From: Candidatus Kapaibacterium sp.
Lineage (GTDB): Bacteria; Bacteroidota; Ignavibacteria; Kapaibacteriales; UBA2268
Assembly (NCBI GenBank): GCA_963664875.1
Contig: OY761611.1
Location: forward strand, 2,208,001 to 2,272,000
DNA length: 64,000 nucleotides
Reading direction: 5' to 3'
Position 1 is the first letter of the stretch, and each line of letters begins with the position of its first letter. Shown piece after piece: positions 53,001 to 61,965 of the stretch. Made by a program: the position numbers and the translations under genes. The notes beneath the pieces were generated by a model. It had not been told where the DNA came from. It saw only the letters and a program-made list of their open reading frames with translations, and made no database searches.

Positions 53001-53663
53001 CAAACCGTTCATAAAATGAGAGACATTGCAGCTGTTGTAAATCAATCTGCTGAAAAAATTGCTGCTCTTGGTGAGTCCGGAAAGGCTATTGGCGAGATTG
53101 TCTCTGTTATCAATGACATTGCTGATCAGACCAACCTGCTTGCATTAAACGCAGCTATAGAAGCTGCCAGAGCTGGCGAGCAGGGAAGAGGCTTTGCGGT
53201 AGTAGCTGATGAAGTGAGAAAACTTGCAGAAAGAACGACTGATGCTACAAAACAAATCGCCGGAATGATTAAAAACATTCAAGACGAAACACAAGATGCA
53301 GTTCGAGTGATGACTCATGGTAACGAAGAGGTAACTGTAGGTATCGAATATGCTGATAAAGCAGGTCAGGCACTTCGTTCTATTTTGAACAGTTCGGATC
53401 AGCTTCTTGGCATGATTAGTCAAATAGCTGCTGCTAACGAAGAGCAATCTGCTACTAGTGAACAGCTCGCTAAAAATGTTACTTCCATATCTGCTGTTAC
53501 TAATGATTCGACTCAAAAGATGCAAGAAATTGCCGGCTCTACAGAGGATTTGGTCAGACTTACAACTGAGCTGACTGAAATCATGGGACAGTTTGTTATT
53601 GAAGATATTAACAGTCATGGTTATAACAGATTAGATCATGGGGGACGGAAACTAAAGCCATAG
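50010..53663 (+). CDS. Methyl-accepting chemotaxis protein, single PAS-like (CHASE8-like) periplasmic sensor + poly-HAMP
   Basis: TM-~150 aa periplasmic domain-TM, long HAMP array with 270-bp internal repeats, MCP motif [38 protein letters not shown]. Confidence 0.92.
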   Translation: MNTKSIKFKILLLIAGIDIVLSLILAIYAPQQAESMGNSITNQNANFIAELVAENVSLGLQTMIIDDGAALQQTLDILKPKSDKSKKDKAKEAETISNVYVYDADLALLKATDTAATAKQKNFKKSKNIEFKHTDDLLTAWMPVKDADANVQGYVQIDFSLDYLNQRVSEQSATFATIAVIVFILTMILGYFFLNTMVKKLVVITDAAQKIAVGDVDITIDVVSNDEIGQLAESFKEIIQSFKDKANVAIEIANGNLNVRANVLSEKDILGSSMNTMKDNISNLAKDVKSLALDAQNGVLDSRADISKHQGDFRVIVEGMNNTLDSVISPLNMAANYIDRISKGDLPEKIKDEFKGEFNTIKNNLNIAIDAIGALIADANMLAGAAVSGNLGARADVTKHQGDFRAIIEGVNNTLDAVIAPLNLTADYIDRISKGDIPDKITQAYKGEFNTLINNLNVCIGAIDNMIEDTMSLVSAAAEGKLKNRAQADRHQGDFRKIIQGFNDTLDNILTPVNDAMAAVAKQAKGEFAIIDKVYKGDYETIKRNVNDVSRAFTAITEQFNNLSEAGNAGNLSFRGDATEFQGDFQKIVEIVNQTLDNILTPLNEAMDALAEVAQGNFVVIDKVYNGDYEGIKQNVNNVSNAMIEMKGQFNLLSNAGTNGNLQFRGNAEQFHGDFKEIVLIVNQTLDNILTPLNEAMNALAEVAQGNLFVIEKQYQGDYETIKQNVNNVSKTLIDMTHQFELLADAGDNGKLSYRGNADQFQGDFKKIVQIVNQSLDNIINPLYMTADNLNRISKGDIPPIIKDDYKGDFNEIKESINQCITAVNNLVADANMLAESAVSGNLNVRADAGKHQGDFARVIEGVNNTLDAIVDPINEANEVLSVLATGDFTVQMHGNYRGDHQKIKENINTLVFSLSKLIRQLNEAVDTVSNSTNHISTITDTMVIAANNQNNQIEEVATAIEEMSKTVYDNANAATQTASMAQDNGSIAQDGGKIVEQTVHKMRDIAAVVNQSAEKIAALGESGKAIGEIVSVINDIADQTNLLALNAAIEAARAGEQGRGFAVVADEVRKLAERTTDATKQIAGMIKNIQDETQDAVRVMTHGNEEVTVGIEYADKAGQALRSILNSSDQLLGMISQIAAANEEQSATSEQLAKNVTSISAVTNDSTQKMQEIAGSTEDLVRLTTELTEIMGQFVIEDINSHGYNRLDHGGRKLKP

Positions 53664-53693
53664 ATATTTCTAATTCCACAAAATAAATTGCAA

Positions 53694-53729
53694 TCCGGGC
53701 AGTAAAGCACACTTCTAAATCTGCCCGGA
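53694..53729 (+). other. Intercistronic stem-loop (no U-tract)
   Basis: tccgggcag...ctgcccgga. Confidence 0.5.
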
Positions 53730-53757
53730 AAGCAAATAGTTTCAACTCGGAGGCATT

Positions 53758-55923
53758 ATGAAAAAGATGTTCCTATCTCTGATTGTTTTAATCACATTTT
53801 CAATGAATTTATCTGCCCAAGAGACTGATGAGTTATTAGATATGTCTCTTGATGAGCTTATGAATATCAAAGTAGTTTCTTCTACTAAAAAGGCAGAAAA
53901 AATCAGTAAAGCACCAAGTGTTATTAATAGTATCAGCAAACAGCAAAGAGACACTTACGGCTGGAATACAATTAATGACATTCTTTTTGCTCAACCCGGT
54001 TTTTTTCATTCCATCGACTTTGATCGACACACTGTAGGTTTCAGAGGAGCCTCAGAAAGTTGGAACAATAACCACTTGTTGATGCTAATCGATGGTATTC
54101 CTTACAATGACAACCAATATGGCTCAGCTTATACTTCAGAAGTTACTCCTTTGTTTTTTGCAAACAATATTGAAATAATTCGTGGCCCAGGCTCCGCATT
54201 ATATGGCTCAAACGCTACAAACGGCGTAATAAGCATCAATTCTGTAACCCCTAAAAAGGGTGAAAGCTCAATGGATATGCGTATGAGCTACGGCAGTTTT
54301 AATACAATGTCATTTGATGTGCTAAGCAATTACGATACTGACATTGCTTCTTTCAGCGTTGGCTACAATAAGTTTAAAACTGACGGTTTCGAATATGAAA
54401 CAGTAGATGGCTCAGGCCGTGCGAATGAAGCCGGAACATTACTAAAATTTGAAACTAACGACAACAGAAACAGCGACTACTTATATGCAAAAGTTCTCCC
54501 TAAGGGTGCACTTGAAGGATTGATGTTGCAGGTACATTTCCAAAGGTGGGAATTCGAAACAAATTATGGTTGGTTGTTTGCAGTGCCTGACATTGAAGAA
54601 TCTATGCACGAAAGCAGAAATATGATAGCACTTCGCTACAAACCGGAACTCGAAGGTCCGTTGCAGTTTGAAATTACAAGCAGATACCAGTATCACAAAA
54701 TCAACTGGTTTATGCAATTGTATCAGCATGGTGCTTTTGATAACTTTTATCCAGCAGGAGTAAATGAGTATCTGATAACAAATACAGAAGATTTATTCAC
54801 TAGAGTGCAGCTATCTTATGACTTCAATGATATAGGAACATCATTGTTGCTTGGTGCAGAATCAGATATCTTTTGGTATGGTGGCGAAGATAAGGAGCAT
54901 TCTTCGAATGTTGACCTTTCCGATACAGGCGAGCCGTTTCCTAACGGAGAAATGAGACCTTTAGGTCAATGGTTAGGCTGGATTGGCGATAATAAAGTAA
55001 TGAACTACGCAGCTTTCCTACAATTAACAAGTGGCAGTATCTTTTCTGATGATTTATCTGCTGTAGCAGGTTTCAGATATGACTATCAATCATTCGATTT
55101 CTTCACACTTGATGGGGCTGATCCTACCGCAACTCAGAATAAAACATTTTCACAGGTAGGCCCACGTATAGGATTAGTTTATCATCCAACTGAAGCTTTG
55201 TCTTTCAAAGCATTATTTGGTAAAGCATTCAGAGCGCCATCCCCTACTGAAATGTTTGGAGCTAACACATGGACGCTTGCTTCAAATGTCTCTACTATTA
55301 AACCTGAAGAGATTTACACAGCTGATTTTGCGATTGATTATATGCTAAATACAAATATCAATCTAAAATTGAATGCTTTTTACTCTGACTTCAGAAACAA
55401 AACAGCATATTCGCCAACAGGCAATAATGCCATTGCTAACATTTACAGCACTGAAACCGCCGGAGCAGAATTTGAAGTAAACTTCAAAATAGACGCTTTC
55501 TCAGGTTATCTCAATTACTCCTATACTCATCTTTTAGAAGAGACAATAGCCGAAGAGCAAAAAGTAGCAATATTTGAATCCGATGAGATTGTATGGGCAC
55601 CAAAAATGCTCCTCAAATACGGGATCAGTTACAAGCTGAGCGATTTTAGATTTACTTTGGCAGGCATTTACACAGATAAATTTCTGCGAAGAACAAGCGA
55701 CAATCTAATAGCTTCTAATTTAGATTTAAGAGGCAAAGAAGTAGATGCAAGTTTGGTATTAGACTTTAAAGCAGAGTATCAGATTTTAAAAAATATTAGA
55801 ATCAATGTGAAATTGAATAATATTCTCGATGCAGAATATTATATAATCAAAAATACTGACATGCCTTTCGACTATAAAATGCCGGGCATGAATTTATTAA
55901 GTCAAATAATTGTAGATATCTAA
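53758..55923 (+). CDS. TonB-dependent receptor (LLDMSLDELMNI N-terminal type)
   Basis: Plug motifs LLMLIDGIP and IEIIRGPGSALYGSNA..GVI; AFRAPS; C-terminal NILD..Y...PG; GGAGG RBS. Confidence 0.9.
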   Translation: MKKMFLSLIVLITFSMNLSAQETDELLDMSLDELMNIKVVSSTKKAEKISKAPSVINSISKQQRDTYGWNTINDILFAQPGFFHSIDFDRHTVGFRGASESWNNNHLLMLIDGIPYNDNQYGSAYTSEVTPLFFANNIEIIRGPGSALYGSNATNGVISINSVTPKKGESSMDMRMSYGSFNTMSFDVLSNYDTDIASFSVGYNKFKTDGFEYETVDGSGRANEAGTLLKFETNDNRNSDYLYAKVLPKGALEGLMLQVHFQRWEFETNYGWLFAVPDIEESMHESRNMIALRYKPELEGPLQFEITSRYQYHKINWFMQLYQHGAFDNFYPAGVNEYLITNTEDLFTRVQLSYDFNDIGTSLLLGAESDIFWYGGEDKEHSSNVDLSDTGEPFPNGEMRPLGQWLGWIGDNKVMNYAAFLQLTSGSIFSDDLSAVAGFRYDYQSFDFFTLDGADPTATQNKTFSQVGPRIGLVYHPTEALSFKALFGKAFRAPSPTEMFGANTWTLASNVSTIKPEEIYTADFAIDYMLNTNINLKLNAFYSDFRNKTAYSPTGNNAIANIYSTETAGAEFEVNFKIDAFSGYLNYSYTHLLEETIAEEQKVAIFESDEIVWAPKMLLKYGISYKLSDFRFTLAGIYTDKFLRRTSDNLIASNLDLRGKEVDASLVLDFKAEYQILKNIRINVKLNNILDAEYYIIKNTDMPFDYKMPGMNLLSQIIVDI

Positions 55924-55934
55924 TCAAATATATC

Positions 55935-55974
55935 AGGGTATGACTTACTTTGAAAGTAAGTCTGCCCTTTTTTT
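55935..55974 (+). terminator. Terminator-like hairpin between the two TonB-dependent receptor genes
   Basis: aggg..gacttactt-tga-aagtaagtc.gccct followed by a T run. Confidence 0.7.
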
Positions 55975-55988
55975 ATACAGGAGGATGT

Positions 55989-58007
55989 ATGAATTACAAA
56001 TTACTTCTATCTATTCTAATTGTTTTTTCCGCAATTAGTATGAAAGCTCAGGAGACTGATGAGTTATTAGATATGTCTCTTGACGAGCTTATGAATATCG
56101 AAGTTAGTGTTGCTTCTAAAAAAGCAGAATCTATCAATGATGCTCCGGGAATTATCACGGTAGTTACAAAGCATGAAATTGAAGGTTTTGGAGCTCAGCA
56201 TCTTGGTGATGTAATAAATAGAGTTGTCTCTATGTCTTTCCTTTCTGCAAACGTTTTTACAGATAATATTGCTAATATGCGTGCATCCGCTACTACTCCT
56301 TACGATAATCACGTGCTTATTCTCATGAATGGCAGACCAGTGAGAGATCCTATTTCAGGTGGCTTGAATCAGGCTGTTTATACAGGCTTCCCACTTGATA
56401 TGATTGAACGACTTGAGATTATCCGAGGTCCCGGCTCTGTACTTTATGGGTCTTGTGCTTATGCAGGAGTAATCAATATAGTAACTAAACAAGCTAAGCA
56501 AAACGAACAACACGGCACTATGGGCTTGACTTTAGGCAATGAAGAAACTTATGGCGGTAACGGATATATTGGTTTTGCTAAAGGTGATTTTAGTGCTAAT
56601 GTTGGTGTTATGGGATATTATACAGCCGGTCCTGAATTTGATTTTACTGATTATTCTAATGTAACAGATACTAATCATTTCTGGAGAAAAAATATTTCCG
56701 TAGCCGGTACTTTTAAGTTATCAGATTTCCAGGTAAATACTTTCTACTCTAATTACAGACCATACGGATTGAACGGACCTGATAACTCGTGGGATTATCC
56801 TGAAGAAGGTAAAAATCTTAATGACCACGAAGTATTTATGTTTGACTTAGGTTATTCTAAAGAAGTAAACAAATTCTTAGATATAAATGCAAATATTACT
56901 TTCAATAACCATTATTGGAATCAGGATGCCGGAACAGAAATGACTGCTCATGAGTTCCTTTCTGAATTGATGCTTGCTATTCATCCGATGGAAGATATGA
57001 ATATTTTGCTCGGTGGTACATTTATCAAATCAAAACAGATCAGTTCCCGATTTATTGGCGAGATTATGGATCAACTCGATGTTAACTCTTCAGTTTATAC
57101 TCAAATAGACTACCGCCCAATCGAAAACTTAAAATTGATTGCCGGTGCTCAGATGAATATGATTGAAGGATTAGATGCTAACATCTCTCCGCGTGTAGGT
57201 GCTATCTATAACTTCAATAAAGAACTCGGTGTAAAATTGCTTTACAGCTCAGCATTCAGAAAAGCCTACCCGTTAGAATACGGATTTAACCATCCTGTAT
57301 TCAGAGGTAATCCTGACATAAGTCCTGAACTTATAAATACCTTAGAAGCTCAGATTTTCTACCAAAAAGAAAAATTGTCATTAGCACTTACATTTTATAA
57401 TAGTGTGATGAATGATATCATCATCCGAACATGGTATGATGACCCTTCTGTTGATGTCGGTGGTGGCTACTTGAAATACGGCAACGGAAAAGATTTTACG
57501 TTTATGGGTATTGAGTTTGAAGCCAAGTATAGCTTTGACAGAAATTGGTTAGCTCTTGCATCATTCAACTGGCAAACCAATAAAAACCCTAACGGTTTAG
57601 GCGATGGTCAAGAACTGGAAAATGCGACATTGCATCCAAATATAATGGCAAAAGGCGGAATACTATACGATCAGGAAAAACTATCGATTGGTGTATTTGC
57701 ATCAATGTTTGGTGAGCCATACTCAGTGAACGAATACTACGGATATGAGCAAGACTCTGACAATTACAATAAACTTGTAGTAAATGAAGAAGGTGAATCA
57801 TATATATTGCTTTCTGCAAAAGCTACATTGAAATTAGATAAATTGCTACCTTTGAATACTGCCTATGGAGTAAATCTATCAATAGAAGCAGAAAACTTGC
57901 TTGATGAAACTATTAGATACCCTGAATTTACATCTAAAGGTAAAAATACTCTTATTCCTTTGAAATCAGGAATGGGATTATATGGAATAATATCTATAGT
58001 GTTCTAA
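55989..58007 (+). CDS. TonB-dependent receptor (LLDMSLDELMNI N-terminal type)
   Basis: Start MNYKLL after AGGAGG; VLILMNGRP, LEIIRGPGSVLYGS.AYAGVINIVTK, GNPDISPE, ENLLD; C-terminal F. Confidence 0.9.
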   Translation: MNYKLLLSILIVFSAISMKAQETDELLDMSLDELMNIEVSVASKKAESINDAPGIITVVTKHEIEGFGAQHLGDVINRVVSMSFLSANVFTDNIANMRASATTPYDNHVLILMNGRPVRDPISGGLNQAVYTGFPLDMIERLEIIRGPGSVLYGSCAYAGVINIVTKQAKQNEQHGTMGLTLGNEETYGGNGYIGFAKGDFSANVGVMGYYTAGPEFDFTDYSNVTDTNHFWRKNISVAGTFKLSDFQVNTFYSNYRPYGLNGPDNSWDYPEEGKNLNDHEVFMFDLGYSKEVNKFLDINANITFNNHYWNQDAGTEMTAHEFLSELMLAIHPMEDMNILLGGTFIKSKQISSRFIGEIMDQLDVNSSVYTQIDYRPIENLKLIAGAQMNMIEGLDANISPRVGAIYNFNKELGVKLLYSSAFRKAYPLEYGFNHPVFRGNPDISPELINTLEAQIFYQKEKLSLALTFYNSVMNDIIIRTWYDDPSVDVGGGYLKYGNGKDFTFMGIEFEAKYSFDRNWLALASFNWQTNKNPNGLGDGQELENATLHPNIMAKGGILYDQEKLSIGVFASMFGEPYSVNEYYGYEQDSDNYNKLVVNEEGESYILLSAKATLKLDKLLPLNTAYGVNLSIEAENLLDETIRYPEFTSKGKNTLIPLKSGMGLYGIISIVF

Positions 58008-58034
58008 GTCTTTTTTGGGCTTTCTACTTTTTTC

Positions 58035-58064
58035 AGGGTGGTTTTTAAATTAAAGCCACCCTTT
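58035..58064 (+). terminator. Rho-independent terminator
   Basis: agggtggttt...aaagccaccctttg. Confidence 0.65.
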
Positions 58065-58122
58065 GTATTTTAAGTTGTACTAAATAATGATAAATGTTGC
58101 TTATTAAAGGGTAGAATGACCT

Positions 58123-58497
58123 ATGAAAAGAATACTGATTTATGACGGAGATTGTGGTATCTGCTCTTATCTTGCCGCTTATGTTACAAAACGAACAAAA
58201 TCGCCATTGCATGCCTTGCCCGAAATTACGTCGGAGATTGAGAAAGATTATGGAGAAGAGCTGTCCGCTATGGCTAAATCAGGGGTATTGTTTATCGAGG
58301 CAGGGAGTGTCTTTTATAAAACACAAGCTGTAGGCAAATGTTTATTATTATTGCCCTATCCGATAAAGCTGTTGGCTTATTTGTTTACAAATAAAATGTT
58401 GGCTTACTTGTTTAATCCTATATATGATCTCATTGCGAGAAACCGACATAAAATATCGAGGTTATTCGGATTGGCAAGTTGCAAAATTAAATCCTGA
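58123..58497 (+). CDS. DCC1-like thiol-disulfide oxidoreductase family protein (DUF393)
   Basis: N-terminal YDGDCGIC motif and C-terminal YDLIARNRH. Confidence 0.85.
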   Translation: MKRILIYDGDCGICSYLAAYVTKRTKSPLHALPEITSEIEKDYGEELSAMAKSGVLFIEAGSVFYKTQAVGKCLLLLPYPIKLLAYLFTNKMLAYLFNPIYDLIARNRHKISRLFGLASCKIKS

Positions 58498-61400
58498 TTG
58501 ACATTACCCTTTCGATTTCTTCTAAAAGTCCATCGAAGTTAATGGGTTTAGTTATTCTACCGGAAAATCCATAATCTCTATAGTTTGCAACAATGGACTT
58601 ATCCGAATGTGCACTACAAACTATGGCTCTAATTTCAGGATTAAGTACAAGCAGTTTATTTAAAGTCTCTTCTCCTTCCATACCGCCTACGATAGTCAAA
58701 TCAAGAATCGCCAAGTCAAATGGTCGGCTTGTAAGATAAGCTTTTTGATATTCAATCAAAGCAGTTTCTCCTTTTGAGACAGAAACTACATTATGACCTG
58801 AAAGTTCTAATATTTCGGTCATACTTATTCGAAGTGCGTCATCGTCGTCCATGAGAAGGATTCGGTAACTGTTTTTCCTGATGATTTTTTCCTCAATCTG
58901 TTTTTTCACCATGATGCCATTCTTGTTAGCAGGCAAAAATATATTGAATTCTGTACCGATATTTTCCTGAGAGTGGACTTTGATAAAGCCTTTATGTTTT
59001 TTTATAATGAGATTGACAGTAGCAAGACCGAGACCGTGCCCGTTATCTTTAGTAGTAAAAAACGGATCGAATACCTTGCTTATTATGTTTTCAGGGATAC
59101 CAATACCTTCATCTCGGACAGATATTTTAACAAAATCGCCTGTAAACTTATTTACTTTAGGATTATCCAGAGTGCAGTTTTCGACATCTACATATATCTT
59201 GCCTTGCTTATTTTCCATAGCTTGTTTTGAGTTAAGGAAAAGATTAGTAAAAACTTCAGTAATTTGTTTTGTATCAATCTCAACATTCCAGACTTTGCGG
59301 TCATAATTATTAATATGCTGAACATTAGTACCACCAAGAGCTATACTTAGCGATTCATCAATAACTTCGCAAACATTAGCTATTTCTCTGACAGGTTCGC
59401 CTCCGGAAGAAAATGTCTGGAATCTGAGAGCAATAGCATTTGCCTGAGCGATAGTCTTTTCGATTCTGTCTGCATAGATATTAAGTTTGTCAGGTTTGCG
59501 TCTCGCCAAATCTACAGAAAGGCTAATCGAAGCAAGCATATTTTTAAAGTTATGTGCAATACCACTTGCGAGGACGCTTAGAGATTCGAGTTTTGCCATC
59601 TTTGTTAACTCTTCTTCAGCATATTTCCTTGCTGTAATATCGAGTATAAACCCTTCCAACCAGATAAGCCTGTCATTTTCGTATAGACCAATACCGTTTT
59701 CTTCTACCCATTTATAATTTCCGGTGATTCCTTGAATTCTGTATTCAATTCTAAAAGATTCGAGTTTAGCAACGGCATCGTTTATTGAACCCCTGACGTA
59801 ATCAAAATCCTCAGGATGAATAAGACTGTCGTAAGTCTTTGCTCCGTTCAGGAATAATTCTTTTGCATACCCGGTAAGTTTTTCAATTTCATCATTGAGA
59901 TAAATCATTGTATAATTAGCATCATTTTCGCAAAGGTATATAGTACCCGGGACATTTTCCGCAAGCAATCTGAATTGAGTTTCGCTCTGTCTTATTTTTG
60001 TTTCAGCTTCATTTCTCTCAGTAATATCTTCTATGGCAGCCTGAACTCCTATCACTTTGCCATTGTCAAACACAGGTGAAAGATAAGATTTCAAATAAAG
60101 ATTTTTTCCAAATCTGGAGTAGTAAGGAAATTCTGCAACAACATTTTGCTTTGAGTCAATACACTGTTCAAAATATTGAAATGTAGAAAACTTAAGGATA
60201 GAATCCTGCGACAAAATATTCTCACCAAGGCTCGCTTCTTTGCCGGGGGAACCTACCATATTTAGCATAGCAGTATTAATATCAAGGATATCTCCATCAA
60301 GATTCATATAAATGATACCAATTGGAGTATTTTCAAAGAGTCCTCTGTATTTTTGCTCGTTTTCAGAAATAATCGCTCTGGAATGTAATAGTTCCTGTTC
60401 CGCTCTTTTCCTTTGAGTGATATCGTGAACTATCGAATAGAGTCTTATCTTTCCGCCAATTTGCACTTTGCCGGCGTAAGATTCGATATCTCTGATTTCA
60501 CCATTAGCGAGTCTGTGCTTGAATTCAAAGTGATTTCTTTGCTCAGTAAAAGCCTTTTGAATTTCAACGGTAATTTGCTCAGGAGTAAGAATATTGATAT
60601 TGCTGATATTTATTCTTGTTATTTCTTCGTAGGTGTAGCCATAGTAACGACACGCAGCTTCATTAGCATCTAAAATATCGCCGGTTTCAGGTTCGATAAG
60701 AAGCATAATACTGTAGCTCGTTCTGAACAAAGACTCATACCGGTCTCTCGCTTCTGAAAGCTCTTTTTCGAGTTTTCGCTTTATTTGGAGATTATAGGCT
60801 AAAATAAAAATGATTAGAACAACAAGAGTGAGAAGAAAAGCGACTATGTAAAAAGTATTTTTACTAATAAAAATTATCTCTTGGGGCTGATTTATAAGCC
60901 TTGCATGTTCGGAAATATTGGCGAGATAAAGTCCAAATTTTTTGAGTACTTCAAAATCAAAAACAAGGGTATTCGGACTTTTTTTAATAACTTTTATTTT
61001 CGCCGGAGATGTCCCGTTAAATATAGAATCTACAAGCAACAATGCAGTTTTTGCCTGATTGGCATGACTGATTAGCTTTCCACCTGCGATACCGTCTCCG
61101 AGTCCATGCTCCCAAAGATGATAGACAGGAATCTTTGCCTTCTCTATAATCTTTTTCAGGCTGTATTCGAAAGTATAGTTTTTGTTTTCTGCATCTATAA
61201 AGCCGGAAAGAAGTAAAAATGCTTTATTCCCTTTGATTTTATCTATTTCATTTAAAAATCTGTCTAATTTGTACAAACTAAAATCCATTTCCGTAAATTT
61301 GATTTTTGGAAACTTTGAAGCCTCGGCGAAGAAATTCCTTTTATCCGCAAGCCCGGTTTCAGTATCATCTGTGATCGCAATAATTTCCTGTAAATTCGGA

Positions 61401-61870
61401 TTTAATTCATTTGCATGCTTTATAGTTTCATAGACAGATATATCTTCTACTACGCCGGTTACAAATTTATTTGTATCCTGTGAGTGAGCAAGTTCTTTGT
61501 TGTTGATGCCCCAAAATACAATAGGTATCCTTTGGAACAGGCTGTCTTGCATTTGCAATACAAATTGAAGTGCAAAGTCATCTGAAACAAGGACTAAGTC
61601 GAGATCAGTACATTTTTTGCGAACATATTCAAATCTTTCTTTGAGAATTGGAATATAATCGCTACTATTATATTTCTTTGCGTATAAGAACTGTGTTTCT
61701 ATCTGATTGTTGGTTTCCTTGGCATAAGCGTCAAGCACAGGCTTGATTTTTTCATAAGTCGGAAAATTCGGACTATAGGAATTAATATATAAAATATGCC
61801 TGCCTTCGTGTGCCGAGCATAACAAAGGAAAGATTGCAATGAAAAGAATTATATATTTTTGTATTCCCAT
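58487..61870 (-). CDS. Hybrid sensor histidine kinase (periplasmic ABC-substrate-binding-like sensor, 3 PAS, HisKA/HATPase, receiver)
   Basis: ILYINSYS periplasmic domain, TM, PAS repeats, SGIAHNFKN H-box, FDPFFTTK..GHGLGL, receiver ILLMDDD..DL.ILDL..KP. Confidence 0.9.
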   Translation of the reverse strand: MGIQKYIILFIAIFPLLCSAHEGRHILYINSYSPNFPTYEKIKPVLDAYAKETNNQIETQFLYAKKYNSSDYIPILKERFEYVRKKCTDLDLVLVSDDFALQFVLQMQDSLFQRIPIVFWGINNKELAHSQDTNKFVTGVVEDISVYETIKHANELNPNLQEIIAITDDTETGLADKRNFFAEASKFPKIKFTEMDFSLYKLDRFLNEIDKIKGNKAFLLLSGFIDAENKNYTFEYSLKKIIEKAKIPVYHLWEHGLGDGIAGGKLISHANQAKTALLLVDSIFNGTSPAKIKVIKKSPNTLVFDFEVLKKFGLYLANISEHARLINQPQEIIFISKNTFYIVAFLLTLVVLIIFILAYNLQIKRKLEKELSEARDRYESLFRTSYSIMLLIEPETGDILDANEAACRYYGYTYEEITRINISNINILTPEQITVEIQKAFTEQRNHFEFKHRLANGEIRDIESYAGKVQIGGKIRLYSIVHDITQRKRAEQELLHSRAIISENEQKYRGLFENTPIGIIYMNLDGDILDINTAMLNMVGSPGKEASLGENILSQDSILKFSTFQYFEQCIDSKQNVVAEFPYYSRFGKNLYLKSYLSPVFDNGKVIGVQAAIEDITERNEAETKIRQSETQFRLLAENVPGTIYLCENDANYTMIYLNDEIEKLTGYAKELFLNGAKTYDSLIHPEDFDYVRGSINDAVAKLESFRIEYRIQGITGNYKWVEENGIGLYENDRLIWLEGFILDITARKYAEEELTKMAKLESLSVLASGIAHNFKNMLASISLSVDLARRKPDKLNIYADRIEKTIAQANAIALRFQTFSSGGEPVREIANVCEVIDESLSIALGGTNVQHINNYDRKVWNVEIDTKQITEVFTNLFLNSKQAMENKQGKIYVDVENCTLDNPKVNKFTGDFVKISVRDEGIGIPENIISKVFDPFFTTKDNGHGLGLATVNLIIKKHKGFIKVHSQENIGTEFNIFLPANKNGIMVKKQIEEKIIRKNSYRILLMDDDDALRISMTEILELSGHNVVSVSKGETALIEYQKAYLTSRPFDLAILDLTIVGGMEGEETLNKLLVLNPEIRAIVCSAHSDKSIVANYRDYGFSGRITKPINFDGLLEEIERVMSIRI

Positions 61871-61965
61871 ATATATTATATACAAAGTAGGCATATATTT
61901 ATTTTAAGTATGTAGCCATAATATATGAAATATTTTATTAATTATACAAGTTGGTTTTTAAAAAT

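Noticed and set aside
58123-58497. DCC oxidoreductase as a redox partner of the YfiR-like protein
   Set aside because: The YfiR-like protein has no Cys, the DCC protein lacks a signal peptide, and a terminator separates it from the cluster
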